Source of the DNA: Candidatus Izemoplasmatales bacterium
GTDB taxonomy: Bacteria; Bacillota_I; Bacilli_A; Izemoplasmatales; Hujiaoplasmataceae
Direction of reading: 5' to 3'
Length of the DNA stretch: 64,000 nucleotides
Assembly: GCA_050177605.1 (NCBI GenBank)
Contig: JBFXGX010000001.1
Coordinates: 111,059 to 175,058 of the forward strand
Part shown: positions 1-9,271 of the stretch, in pieces
How the letters are laid out: the number at the start of each line of letters is the position of its first letter
Position numbering within the stretch: position 1 is the stretch's first letter
Made by a program: the position numbers and the translations under genes
Notes under the pieces: generated by a model
What the model was told of the DNA's origin: nothing
The model's database searches: none
What the model saw: the letters and a program-made list of their open reading frames with translations, nothing else

Positions 1-140
1 AGATACAAAAACCCTTTTTTCTGATCAAGTTGATGCTTTTGAACTAATTTATTTTGAAAAAAATAGACAGCGTATAAAGCCGCCACAATGAAAACAGTAA
101 AGAGGACATTGAGTCCAATACTCGCGAAATAGATATTCAA
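1..140 (-). CDS. Partial CDS (N-terminus only, runs off window start); probable membrane protein
   Basis: Not in the ORF track. Read manually: AGGAGG RBS, TTG at 140, open frame MNIYFASIGLNVLFTVFIVAALYAVYFFQNK... to position 1; hydrophobic N-terminus. Confidence 0.65.
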   Translation of the reverse strand, partial: MNIYFASIGLNVLFTVFIVAALYAVYFFQNKLVQKHQLDQKKGFLY

Positions 141-202
141 GGATATCCCTCCTATTCATAAACTATTATATCATAAAACATCTCATTGAACATTATCAGA
201 AC

Positions 203-232
203 AAAAAAATCTATCGCATCAGCGATAGATTT
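203..232 (-). terminator. Intrinsic terminator downstream of 236..625
   Basis: Hairpin AAATCTATCGC-atca-GCGATAGATTT with an A-run on its left (U-tract on the minus strand). Confidence 0.75.
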
Positions 233-235
233 ATA

Positions 236-625
236 TTATCTTTGAATTTTGTTCGCAATTGTTTCAAGAGCATTTTTGAATTTACCTGGAGCCACAAGTT
301 TCACTTTTCTACCCTCGACTTTGATTCTTAAAATCTTCGAGATATTAAAAATCGTTGGTTTTAGCGATACAAATTCGACTTGAGTTAGTGGCACTCTAAA
401 AATTTCTGTTTTCGGTTTAGGACTAAATGTCGCAAATTCATATAATACAAGAAAATCATTAAAAACGCCAACGACTCCTGGTGTCCCCTGTGAGTTGTAA
501 TTGCTTACCATCGCAGAGATTACTTGTGCTGTTTCCGAATAAATAATGTTAACTCGAGCATATAAACCATATTCATCAATAATACCAAATTCTTTTAACC
601 CAGCAATAAAATCTTCTTGTTTCAT
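236..625 (-). CDS. Hypothetical protein, possibly PH-like fold
   Basis: 129-aa ORF with GGGGG RBS; beta-rich pattern ending in a helix (fold is a guess). Confidence 0.6.
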   Translation of the reverse strand: MKQEDFIAGLKEFGIIDEYGLYARVNIIYSETAQVISAMVSNYNSQGTPGVVGVFNDFLVLYEFATFSPKPKTEIFRVPLTQVEFVSLKPTIFNISKILRIKVEGRKVKLVAPGKFKNALETIANKIQR

Positions 626-691
626 TCAATCGCCCCCTTTTAGCATAATTATAATTCAAAGTATATCTATTGGTAAAGGGGATTCTTGATT

Positions 692-1129
692 TTATAAATA
701 TAAATAGAATAATAAAGATGAAAAAGCGAGGGAATAAAGATAAACTAGGGAAATTTTTTTGCGAGAAACAATGGCCAAAAACAAGAATACTCCTATTGCA
801 ATAATATAGAACAATGTGGAATTGCTTGGATATAAGTATATTCGGCCAACATTGATTAATAACCCTAATAAAAAACCAAAAAAGGTACTTTGAACATAAG
901 GGTTTTTAACCGCCAGTAACATAATCAAAAATAGAATAAATATAAGACCAACAGCTATATAAAAAGAAGTGCCAATAAAAACAAAAAAATCTTCAGGTAC
1001 AACAAATGCTGAAAAAGTAGCTGCTGACCCCATGGTTACGGTAAAAATAAATATAATTACACCATAATAAATCAAAATCATCATCGGTACGGTGAATAGG
1101 TAAATCCAAAACTTCATCATTTTTGACAT
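692..1129 (-). CDS. Hypothetical membrane protein
   Basis: 145 aa, 4-5 hydrophobic segments; starts 12 bp after the upstream gene's stop. Confidence 0.65.
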   Translation of the reverse strand: MSKMMKFWIYLFTVPMMILIYYGVIIFIFTVTMGSAATFSAFVVPEDFFVFIGTSFYIAVGLIFILFLIMLLAVKNPYVQSTFFGFLLGLLINVGRIYLYPSNSTLFYIIAIGVFLFLAIVSRKKISLVYLYSLAFSSLLFYLYL

Positions 1130-1141
1130 AATTAATCGTCC

Positions 1142-1942
1142 TTAAAGTAAATACTCGGCTAGTAAAGCGATACAGCCTGCGATTAAGAAAAATAAATACG
1201 AATATTGCATATGTTTGTGTTCTTCTTCCTTATCAAGCGGAGGTAATTCCCAATCCATTTGGCGTACATAACGACTGATTCTTTTTGCATAGATACCAAA
1301 CTCAATATACATATAAGGAAGAATTCCTAGGATTATTGCATAAACTATGTAAGGAATATGATAATCACTGTTCAAAACTGCGATGATTGTACCAATGACA
1401 GCTTCCACAATAAGCGTAGGAAGGAAGCGAGGAAAGAAATAATAGCTTCGTTCCCAAGATTGATCTGAATATACCGAAGTTTTATAAAAGGCAAATAGTT
1501 TATCCTCATTATACTTTGATTGCATTCCAAGTTCATTTAGTTTCTCTTTAAAAGCAAAAATAAATTCTCCAACTGATTGAACCACCACCGTTAGTCGAAT
1601 CGGTTTTCCTGTGACGGTTTTAATAATCATCCATCCGCCAGTATACCGGATACTTGCAGAATCGATGGAAGATATTTGATCATAAGGTATGATTCTTACA
1701 CCTTTGGCATTTGTATATATTACTGCTTCTTCCGTTAGTTCGATCGATATTTTCTTGAAACGATTTAAAATATAAAATAATCCATATGAATAAAGTCCAA
1801 ATAAAACTCCTGCCAAAACATCTCCTGACTCACCATAGATTAGTCCTAAAACAAGGATAAGCAAAGATAATAATCCCAGAGGAATTAAAATAAACCATTT
1901 CATAATTTGAATGTGTTTTCGGTATACATATTTCTTATTCAT
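1142..1942 (-). CDS. Hypothetical membrane protein with possible bacterial PH-like domain
   Basis: 266 aa; two N-terminal TMs, 'IELTEEAVIY...RIIPYDQISSI' bPH-like pattern, C-terminal TMs; AGGAGG RBS. Confidence 0.6.
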   Translation of the reverse strand: MNKKYVYRKHIQIMKWFILIPLGLLSLLILVLGLIYGESGDVLAGVLFGLYSYGLFYILNRFKKISIELTEEAVIYTNAKGVRIIPYDQISSIDSASIRYTGGWMIIKTVTGKPIRLTVVVQSVGEFIFAFKEKLNELGMQSKYNEDKLFAFYKTSVYSDQSWERSYYFFPRFLPTLIVEAVIGTIIAVLNSDYHIPYIVYAIILGILPYMYIEFGIYAKRISRYVRQMDWELPPLDKEEEHKHMQYSYLFFLIAGCIALLAEYLL

Positions 1943-2012
1943 CGCAAGCCTCCTATTGTAAACATTTATAGGTATTATTTTACCATATCAAGGAATTGAA
2001 GACAAGAAGCCA

Positions 2013-2040
2013 TAAAAAAAAGATGCACAAATGCATCTTT
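2013..2040 (-). terminator. Terminator of the tRNA operon
   Basis: AAAGATGCA-caaa-TGCATCTTT hairpin with U-tract on the minus strand, just after tRNA-Ser. Confidence 0.8.
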
Positions 2041-2049
2041 AAATGATTA

Positions 2050-2138
2050 TGGCGGAAGAGGTGGGATTCGAACCCACGTGCCCTTGCGGACAACTGCATT
2101 TCGAGTGCAGCTCGTTACAGCCTCTTCGATACTCTTCC
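2050..2138 (-). tRNA. tRNA-Ser(CGA)
   Basis: GGAAGAG/CTCTTCC acceptor stem, G discriminator, encoded CCA, anticodon arm CTGCA-CT-CGA-AA-TGCAG, long variable arm, GGTTCGAATCC T-arm. Confidence 0.96.
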
Positions 2139-2140
2139 GT

Positions 2141-2170
2141 AAAAGAAAACCCTATGGCGAGCATAGGGTC
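2141..2170 (-). terminator. Terminator-like hairpin between tRNA-Gly and tRNA-Ser
   Basis: Minus strand ACCCTATG-ctcgc-CATAGGGT followed by TTTCTTTT. Confidence 0.6.
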
Positions 2171-2181
2171 TAAAATTCAAT

Positions 2182-2255
2182 TGGAGCAGGTGAAGGGAAT
2201 CGAACCCTCATAGTCAGCTTGGAAGGCTGAAGTTCTACCATTGAACTACACCTGC
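2182..2255 (-). tRNA. tRNA-Gly(TCC), copy 2
   Basis: GCAGGTG acceptor, anticodon loop CT-TCC-AA, GGTTCGATTCC, TCCA end. Confidence 0.97.
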
Positions 2256-2314
2256 GAATAAAGGCGCCTGCCTAGATTCATCTATTCAAATAAAAAGGAA
2301 CGTAATGATATTTT

Positions 2315-2388
2315 TGGAGCAGGTGAAGGGAATCGAACCCTCATAGTCAGCTTGGAAGGCTGAAGTTCTACCATTGAACTACACCTGC
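2315..2388 (-). tRNA. tRNA-Gly(TCC), copy 1
   Basis: Identical 74-nt sequence to 2182..2255. Confidence 0.97.
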
Positions 2389-2404
2389 ATAAAGTCGCAA
2401 AAAT

Positions 2405-2433
2405 ATAATATCATAACCCAATGTTACTGTCAA
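2405..2433 (-). promoter_or_regulatory. Sigma-A promoter of the tRNA operon
   Basis: TTGACA-N17-TATTAT with TGn extended -10. Confidence 0.8.
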
Positions 2434-2448
2434 CAAAAAAACAACCGA

Positions 2449-3372
2449 TTATTGGTTTTTTTCGGCAATTCTGAGTTTTGCACTATGTGAGCGATTATTC
2501 TCGTCTAATTCTTCACTTGACGGCAAAATAACCTTTTTATTGATTAATTTCAAAGGAGGCTCTTCAGTGATTAATATCGGTAGTCCTTTAGGAATATCAA
2601 TAGTTGAATACCTTTTAAAAACTTGTTTACAAATTCGATCTTCTAAAGAATGGAATGTAATCACAACAATTCTTCCCTTTGGAGAAAGGATTGAAATAGC
2701 ATCTTCTAGTGCTTTTTCAAATACATCAAGTTCGTTATTGACCGCGATGCGTAAAGCTTGAAATGTTTGTTTGGCAGGATGCCCTTTTTTCGATAATACT
2801 TTTGATGGTAAACTTTTCTTAATAATATCAACTAATTCAAATGTTGTTTCAATCGGCTTGATTGCTCGTTGTTTGATAATTTGATTGGCTATATTTTTTG
2901 CGAAGTTTTCTTCTCCGTATTCAAATAAAATCTTTGTAAGTTCTTGAAAAGAATAGTTATTCACAATCTCTCTTGCAGTTAAACTTTGCGTTTGATCCAT
3001 TCTCATGTCAAGTGGATAATCATAGTTATAGGAAAATCCTCGATCAGGAATATCTAATTGAAAGGATGATACCCCTAAATCAAAAATAATTCCATCAATC
3101 GCTTCAATATTTCTACTTTGAAGTTCTGACTTCATAAACTCAAAATTTGAGTGAATATAGGTAATATTTGAAAACTCTTTTAAGCGTTCTGCAGCAACTT
3201 CAATAGCATAAGAGTCCTGGTCAAAACAAAAAAGACGTCCTGAGGTAAGTAAAGACGCAATTTCATAACTATGCCCGCCGCCACCTAAAGTCATATCCAC
3301 ATAGATACCTTTAGGATTGATATTAAGCCCTTCAATCGACTCTTTTAATAAAACCGAATAATGTCCAGACAC
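2449..3372 (-). CDS. rsmH: 16S rRNA m4C1402 methyltransferase RsmH
   Basis: HYSVLL, DMTLGGGGHS, DLGVSSFQLD, RGFS, LDMRMD, FQALRIAVNNEL, ITFHSLEDR; start moved to GTG 3372 on the GAGGTG RBS. Confidence 0.97.
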   Translation of the reverse strand: MSGHYSVLLKESIEGLNINPKGIYVDMTLGGGGHSYEIASLLTSGRLFCFDQDSYAIEVAAERLKEFSNITYIHSNFEFMKSELQSRNIEAIDGIIFDLGVSSFQLDIPDRGFSYNYDYPLDMRMDQTQSLTAREIVNNYSFQELTKILFEYGEENFAKNIANQIIKQRAIKPIETTFELVDIIKKSLPSKVLSKKGHPAKQTFQALRIAVNNELDVFEKALEDAISILSPKGRIVVITFHSLEDRICKQVFKRYSTIDIPKGLPILITEEPPLKLINKKVILPSSEELDENNRSHSAKLRIAEKNQ

Positions 3373-3446
3373 GATAAACACCTCGCAAGTATTATATCAC
3401 AACCTAAAAGAAAAACGCTGATATTATCAGCGCTTCTTTTCTTTTC

Positions 3447-3644
3447 TTATTCTTTTGTTTCTTTTTCTGGTTTTGGTTCAACAACCAATTTTCCTTTGTA
3501 GTAACCACATTTCTTACATACTTGATGAGATAATGTTAATTCGCCACAATTAGGACAAACAGCCATTGTTGGAGCATTTAACTTGAAATGAGTTCTTCTT
3601 TTTCTTTTGACAGCTTTCGACGTCTTTCTGAATGGTACAGCCAC
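3447..3644 (-). CDS. rpmF: 50S ribosomal protein L32 (Zn-ribbon form)
   Basis: [31 protein letters not shown]. Confidence 0.97.
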   Translation of the reverse strand: MAVPFRKTSKAVKRKRRTHFKLNAPTMAVCPNCGELTLSHQVCKKCGYYKGKLVVEPKPEKETKE

Positions 3645-3655
3645 GGTGTCACCTC

Positions 3656-4129
3656 CTAGTAATTTTTATTTTTTAATGCTGCGAAAGGATTATTTGATTC
3701 ATCATCTTCATCTAAGGTTACGATTTCTTCATGATAATCAAGGTAAGCATCTGGATGAACAACTCTCATTGGTTTTTCAATCAAAATTTCAGAATAGATC
3801 ACAGGATCTAAATCAATCGTGATTCCTTCAATGATATGCGTATTATCATCCACAAAACTTTCCGCAAACTCTAATGATGTTTGAAAATGAAGTAAAACTT
3901 CAACTTCTTTTAAGGAAACAGCACAAGGCATCTTTAATGTCGTCATAACATCAAGATCAAATACATAAATATTGCTCTTTTCAATTAGATGAAAATCACC
4001 TTTAACTTGAACGTCGCTGATATCTAAAATATCGTCTTCTGGAGAAAGAAATGGTTTAACATTTATGACTCCTTCAATGTGATGTAAATGGCGACTGAGT
4101 TTCCTAAGTTCTTGGATTGTCCATTTCAC
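3656..4129 (-). CDS. YceD/DUF177 family protein
   Basis: MKW N-terminus, PCAVSL, '[13 protein letters not shown]', NPFAAL C-terminus; canonical position upstream of rpmF. Confidence 0.88.
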   Translation of the reverse strand: MKWTIQELRKLSRHLHHIEGVINVKPFLSPEDDILDISDVQVKGDFHLIEKSNIYVFDLDVMTTLKMPCAVSLKEVEVLLHFQTSLEFAESFVDDNTHIIEGITIDLDPVIYSEILIEKPMRVVHPDAYLDYHEEIVTLDEDDESNNPFAALKNKNY

Positions 4130-4194
4130 AAATACCACCTCAGTGCAGCAAATAAATTATACTTTTTTTTACTTCTAAAGTCAAGAAGTAATCA

Positions 4195-4980
4195 CTAATA
4201 CTCGTTAATCTCTGGAAAACAATGTTGATGAACTGGATCTAGAGCAAAAAATCCTTCTGCATTCTTCACTTGATATTTTTCTTCAAATATCATTGAACGC
4301 ACACTTAAATATTGCAAAACCATCTCTAAACTAGCTGGAGTACTAAATTGAGACACGTGTTTTGAGATTGAGGCATTTCTGTTAGAAGTATCTTGATCGC
4401 TAGTACTCACAAATGCATTCGAACGATGGGTGAAATAATAAGCCAGTGTACGAGAACGAAAATGAGGCAAAGCTTCCTTTTCAAAATCAATCAAATTTCT
4501 TTTTGCCATTAATGGGTAGGCACTCATAAGTAATGCTGTGTTTGTCGCTAAACCTGCTTTAATATGATCTGGATGAATTTCAGATGGTTGGTAAGGGTCT
4601 GGGCAAAATACGATATCAGGATTAATATCGAGTATTACAGACGCAATTCGTTTGGCTACTTCATGCTCATGATAAAGTCCTCCATCAGGAAATCCTAAAT
4701 CAAATAATTCTTTTGCGCCTAAAAAATCAGCAGACGATTTCATTTCCTCAAGACGGATACTCACCAATTTATTTATATCCATTTGGTGATCCATCGATCC
4801 AGCTCCACCATCAGTGATAACCAAAAAATAGACCTTTTTTCCTAAAGAAACAAGTTTTGAAATCGTTGCGCCAGAAGATATCTCAATATCATCTGGGTGA
4901 GGACCAATAAATAAATATGACCCATAATTTTCCAAATTAGGAATCGGTGCCAAGCTTTTTAATTGTTCAATTACTTTCAT
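4195..4980 (-). CDS. PIG-L/LmbE family deacetylase
   Basis: PHPDDIE, TDG..G, R..E...SA..LG, FPDG, HPDH and HxSQF motifs. Confidence 0.9.
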   Translation of the reverse strand: MKVIEQLKSLAPIPNLENYGSYLFIGPHPDDIEISSGATISKLVSLGKKVYFLVITDGGAGSMDHQMDINKLVSIRLEEMKSSADFLGAKELFDLGFPDGGLYHEHEVAKRIASVILDINPDIVFCPDPYQPSEIHPDHIKAGLATNTALLMSAYPLMAKRNLIDFEKEALPHFRSRTLAYYFTHRSNAFVSTSDQDTSNRNASISKHVSQFSTPASLEMVLQYLSVRSMIFEEKYQVKNAEGFFALDPVHQHCFPEINEY

Positions 4981-5118
4981 AGGTTATCATCTCCATAAAG
5001 GTATTATAAAGCAAAATGAGTTTTGGGTAAATAGATTTACTTATTCTAAGTAATAATATTGGAATTATTGCATGTTTTTCGATATAATAGATTTGTCATT
5101 AGAAAGAAGGTTTATAAA

Positions 5119-6108
5119 TTGGACAAAAAAGAACAACTACTCGCGCTCATTAAAGAAGTGGAAGATTCTTCAAAGAATGCGACTCTTGGCGCAACAGATT
5201 CAATTAAACATTTCGGAATTGATGAGGAAACATCAACTGTAATGTTGCTAATTGAGGTAGGAACGAAGATTAATGAAGTTACATCAGTCATTACTCGTAA
5301 AATCGCAAAGATTGTTAAAATCGATTTTGGATATCAAAGTCTCGTAATAGACTATGAACAAGCAAGACCTAAAAATTTAGCTAAAAAAGCAAAAATAATA
5401 GCGATTGCTTCAGGTAAAGGTGGCGTTGGTAAATCGAGTGTCACTGCAAATCTAGCCTATGCTTTTAAAACACTAGGAAAAAAAGTTGGAATCATTGATG
5501 CAGATATCTATGGTGCGAATATTCCTAAAATCTTAGGTATTGATAACTTAGAGTTAGAAGGTACTGAGGATGGAAAAGTATATCCTTATAAAATCGACGA
5601 TATTGAAATGGTTTCTACAGAGTTTTTTGTAGAGAAAGATAAAGCACTTATTTGGAGAGGGCCAATGCTTGGAAAAGTGCTTAAAATCTTTTTTGAAGAT
5701 ACCTTATGGTCTCAAGATTTAGATTATTTACTCATCGATTTACCACCAGGAACCGGAGATGTTATGCTTGATGTTAACAATATTGTTCCAGACGCAAAGT
5801 TAGTTTTAGTCACAACTCCTCATCCAAGCGCTTCTCATATAGCTATTAAAGCTGGCTTCGCTGCGAAAGACCTAAAACAAGAAATTGTAGGTGTTATTGA
5901 AAATATGTCTTTCTATGAGGTTGGCGAAGAAAAACATTATCTTTTTGGAGAAGGTGGCGGAAAAATTGTTGCAGACAAGCTGCTCGTTCCTCTTCTTACA
6001 CAAATTCCAATTGGTCAACCAAAGGATTCACATTCCATTTATTCTGACTCAGAATACATTGGTATTATGTATTTAAATCTTGCAAGAAAGTTAACAAAGC
6101 TAGTATAA
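5119..6108 (+). CDS. Mrp/NBP35 family P-loop ATPase (SalA-like, lacks CxxC)
   Basis: SGKGGVGKS, DADIYG, WRGPML, DLPPGTGD, VTTP, ENMS; start re-called at TTG 5119 (AGAAGG RBS). Confidence 0.92.
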   Translation: MDKKEQLLALIKEVEDSSKNATLGATDSIKHFGIDEETSTVMLLIEVGTKINEVTSVITRKIAKIVKIDFGYQSLVIDYEQARPKNLAKKAKIIAIASGKGGVGKSSVTANLAYAFKTLGKKVGIIDADIYGANIPKILGIDNLELEGTEDGKVYPYKIDDIEMVSTEFFVEKDKALIWRGPMLGKVLKIFFEDTLWSQDLDYLLIDLPPGTGDVMLDVNNIVPDAKLVLVTTPHPSASHIAIKAGFAAKDLKQEIVGVIENMSFYEVGEEKHYLFGEGGGKIVADKLLVPLLTQIPIGQPKDSHSIYSDSEYIGIMYLNLARKLTKLV

Positions 6109-6135
6109 AAGGGACAATAATTGTCCCCTTTTTTT
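6107..6135 (+). terminator. Intrinsic terminator
   Basis: GGGACAAT-a-ATTGTCCC followed by a T-run. Confidence 0.75.
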
Positions 6136-6204
6136 ATGTGTGATTGCAAACCAAATTCATTGATGGTATAATTCGATATATATATTTATTATTCGAGGTG
6201 AATT

Positions 6205-6516
6205 ATGAGAGTATTTTCGGATATCGGTTTTATTTTTAGTGGAATCACAATATTGCTTTATATATATCAAATCTCAAAGAGAAATCTTCCTAACTGGATT
6301 TTATATATTCCTTCAGTCGTTATGGGGTTTGTCGGAATCCTCTTTGTCATAATGATTTATGTCTACGATGCGCAGGGAGTTGAAGGATGCATCGATTATT
6401 CAATCGACACTTGTATGAATTACCAAGTTGTTCATACTTTCTGGGGATTGTTTATTTTTCTAGCACTCCTATCAAGTGTTTTTAATTACTTGATCAATCG
6501 TTTCTTCAAATTTTAA
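6205..6516 (+). CDS. Small 3-TM membrane protein, unknown function
   Basis: 103 aa; GAGGTG RBS; TGGTATAAT -10 upstream; loop with C-x7-C. Confidence 0.7.
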   Translation: MRVFSDIGFIFSGITILLYIYQISKRNLPNWILYIPSVVMGFVGILFVIMIYVYDAQGVEGCIDYSIDTCMNYQVVHTFWGLFIFLALLSSVFNYLINRFFKF

Positions 6517-6537
6517 ACGAGTTTACTCGTTTTTTTT
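6515..6537. terminator. Bidirectional terminator between convergent genes
   Basis: AAACGAGT-tt-ACTCGTTT with flanking T/A runs. Confidence 0.6.
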
Positions 6538-7804
6538 ATATGATGTGCTCGGTTTTTGATAGAGATGAAATTGTTCCATTCATCTTGCTTTTTACCTTTT
6601 GATACTTGTGTTCATAACTAATCGCGTCCTTATATCGTTTATGACTTGAAAGTACACTAACAATTTCATCCGTAATTTTTCTCATAAAATAGAGATTCTG
6701 TTGGCTTTCTGCAAATGGTAGACAATATTCAATCAAATAATCCTTGTAAAGCCATTCGCTTTTCTTTCTTACTTGATGTAGTTCATAGAAATTAATACTA
6801 TATTCACCAACATTTTGATAGTAGGTTTGGAGCAGTTTTTCATACTGCTCTTTTTTTACTTGATTCTCTTTTTTATCATAGACCTTCATAATAGTATAAA
6901 GTAACAAAGGATAATAAGAATGCATTTCATCGATATGTTTTAAGTATTGCTCTGGACGTTTTGTGTTCTTCATCAAAAATAAAAGATATTCAACAAAATC
7001 ATTATGTGAAACAAAAGTGGATATTGAATTAGGAATATGCATTTGCTCCCTTCCTTCGTAATAACGGAATAAATTCATATATACACTCATTTCTTCAACC
7101 CTTTTTGTCGCACCACTTGCGATAAAAATATTTTTTGCATTATCGTATCCATCTCGAGAAATATTAAACAAATGCAATTTGCCATAAATTACAAATTTCG
7201 CATATTCAAAAAGGCCGAATATCATCTCATTCATGGAATGGTACTCTATCGATTGCTCATAAATATTTCTTGCAGTTGTATAATCGTGAATCAGCAAGTT
7301 ATAGTAGATTGCATAGATTGCATAGATTGTAAATCCATAGTCTTCAATTGAACACAAATATCGATGTAATTCGTTATAAGCTATCCCTGCTTTGATGGTG
7401 TCGCCCACCATAACAAAGTAACCAAAACGTGCAATCTCAATGAGAATTCCATATTCATACTTCAATGAATCTTCATAGAGAATCTGAAACCCACTGAAGT
7501 CTAGTCGAAAGAAATGGACAAGTGATTCTTCGAGAATATCAAGCATCTCCTCTGGTAAACTGTATACATCTGATGATATATCAATTCGCTCCATGATCAT
7601 GAACAAACTATCTTTGTTGATAGAAATAGCATTATGCTCTATTTTCGATAAGTAGGTATGAGAAACGATACCCCTTGATAATTCTTCTTGCGTCAATTTC
7701 TTTTCAATTCTTTTCTTTCTTATCAAACTTCCAATTTCTGTGTAATAATGCTTTAAGATAATTTCTCTTCTTCGAACTAAATCACTTTTTAAATGCTTAA
7801 TCAT
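6536..7804 (-). CDS. XRE-HTH regulator with long helical (TPR-like) C-terminus, RRNPP/NprR-like
   Basis: IGSLIRKKRIEKKLTQEELSRGIVSHTYLSKIE HTH, then about 350 aa of Tyr-rich helical sequence; start ATG 7804 with GGGGG RBS. Confidence 0.8.
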   Translation of the reverse strand: MIKHLKSDLVRRREIILKHYYTEIGSLIRKKRIEKKLTQEELSRGIVSHTYLSKIEHNAISINKDSLFMIMERIDISSDVYSLPEEMLDILEESLVHFFRLDFSGFQILYEDSLKYEYGILIEIARFGYFVMVGDTIKAGIAYNELHRYLCSIEDYGFTIYAIYAIYYNLLIHDYTTARNIYEQSIEYHSMNEMIFGLFEYAKFVIYGKLHLFNISRDGYDNAKNIFIASGATKRVEEMSVYMNLFRYYEGREQMHIPNSISTFVSHNDFVEYLLFLMKNTKRPEQYLKHIDEMHSYYPLLLYTIMKVYDKKENQVKKEQYEKLLQTYYQNVGEYSINFYELHQVRKKSEWLYKDYLIEYCLPFAESQQNLYFMRKITDEIVSVLSSHKRYKDAISYEHKYQKVKSKMNGTISSLSKTEHII

Positions 7805-7958
7805 TTCAATGCCCCCACATATAATAAATATAAATTCATTGTTTTCACCATTAAACGATAATGACAATTACGATTATACCGAATTAGTACTTAAAAATAA
7901 AGATTTTTTTATTGAAAAATATTTTTGATTATTCAACCAAATAAAAAAAACACCATTT

Positions 7959-8588
7959 TTAATTAGGAAATGGTGTTTTACATATCGATACTAAAGGGCA
8001 TTTATCGCACATTGGTTTTTGTGCTTTACAGAAATATCTCCCAAAGAAAATGAGTTTATGATGCATCTCAATCCAGAGATCCTTTGGGAATTTCTTCATC
8101 AGTTTTTCTTCAATTTTTAATACGCTATCCGTGGCCTTTGCTAGCCCCAAACGAACACTTACTCTTTCAACATGGGTGTCAACTGCAATTCTAGGAACGT
8201 GATAATACTCTGCTAAAAATACATTCGCAGTCTTTCTACCGACTCCAGGAAGAAGGACTAACTCTTCAAGTTTTGAAGGGAACACTCCATGATAAGTTTC
8301 TTTCATCATCAAAGCCATTAATTTGATATTCTTTGCTTTATTCTTATATAGTCCTAAATGTCGTATGACATTTTCAACATCCTCAACAGGTGCATTGATG
8401 TAATCTTCTAGTGTGCGATATTTTCCAAATAAATGTACCGTCACTTTATTGACTGCATTATCTGTTGTTTGAGCGCTTAGCATAATCGATATAAGTAGCT
8501 CAAGTGGGTTCGAATAGTTTAATTCACAGTGTGCATCAGGGAACAGATCAGAAACCGCTAAATATATTTGATTTACTCTATCGGTCAT
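7959..8588 (-). CDS. nth: Endonuclease III
   Basis: LSAQTTD, HhH LPGVGRKTANV, VDTHV, C-x6-C-x2-C-x5-C Fe-S motif. Confidence 0.96.
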   Translation of the reverse strand: MTDRVNQIYLAVSDLFPDAHCELNYSNPLELLISIMLSAQTTDNAVNKVTVHLFGKYRTLEDYINAPVEDVENVIRHLGLYKNKAKNIKLMALMMKETYHGVFPSKLEELVLLPGVGRKTANVFLAEYYHVPRIAVDTHVERVSVRLGLAKATDSVLKIEEKLMKKFPKDLWIEMHHKLIFFGRYFCKAQKPMCDKCPLVSICKTPFPN

Positions 8589-9250
8589 TTTTGTTCAAAC
8601 GATCCTAAAAATGATTTTAACGCCTCTGATTTCTCTTGTTTTTCTGATTTTACTGTTGTTTTCTTTAATGCATTTCTTCGCTTAAGTAACATCGTGTCGA
8701 CATAACTCATAGAGAATTTATTCGCTTTCAAAGCATCAAGCAATGCTTGTTTGATATCCATCAATTGATAATTATCTTGTTCCAGCCACTTTTGAATCAT
8801 CTCAATATCGAGCGGCTTTAGTTGCTTATGAAACTGTGTTTCAATGATGACTGCCACTTCTTCAGCTTCTGTTTGATAAGAGCCACTCATATCAAAAAAT
8901 TCCTCTTTCACTTTTGATTCAACGGAAGCAAGTAATTTTTTAATCACTTCATCAATTAAAAAAACCTCTTTTTCTTTTCCGTTTTTTTGTTTCACAAATG
9001 AAATAGTTAAATATCCTTTTTTTAGTAAACCATCAAGAATGACTAATAATTCATCTTTTGCAATGGTCATTTTTTTCTCGAGTGTTGAAGGATTTAAAAA
9101 TGTATTCCCTAGTTTTAATTCTTTATATAACTCTAAAATAACAAAAGCTTCCATTTCTGAAAGTACGATGTCTTTATAATAGGTCATTAATAATTTAGGA
9201 AAATCTAATATTTGATCATCCATTAATTTTTTAACTAGCGCAATATTCAT
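8585..9250 (-). CDS. dnaD: DnaD-domain replication protein
   Basis: PKLLMTYYK..LSE.E winged helix; 'F...L.P.DIEMI..W' and 'SYVD..L' DDBH2 domain; conserved dnaD-nth pairing; start 9250 or 9262. Confidence 0.85.
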   Translation of the reverse strand: MNIALVKKLMDDQILDFPKLLMTYYKDIVLSEMEAFVILELYKELKLGNTFLNPSTLEKKMTIAKDELLVILDGLLKKGYLTISFVKQKNGKEKEVFLIDEVIKKLLASVESKVKEEFFDMSGSYQTEAEEVAVIIETQFHKQLKPLDIEMIQKWLEQDNYQLMDIKQALLDALKANKFSMSYVDTMLLKRRNALKKTTVKSEKQEKSEALKSFLGSFEQK

Positions 9251-9271
9251 TGAAATCCCCATTCTATACTT

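Noticed and set aside
2182..2388. 74-bp direct repeat as an att site or CRISPR-like repeat
   Set aside because: Both copies are complete tRNA-Gly genes only 59 bp apart
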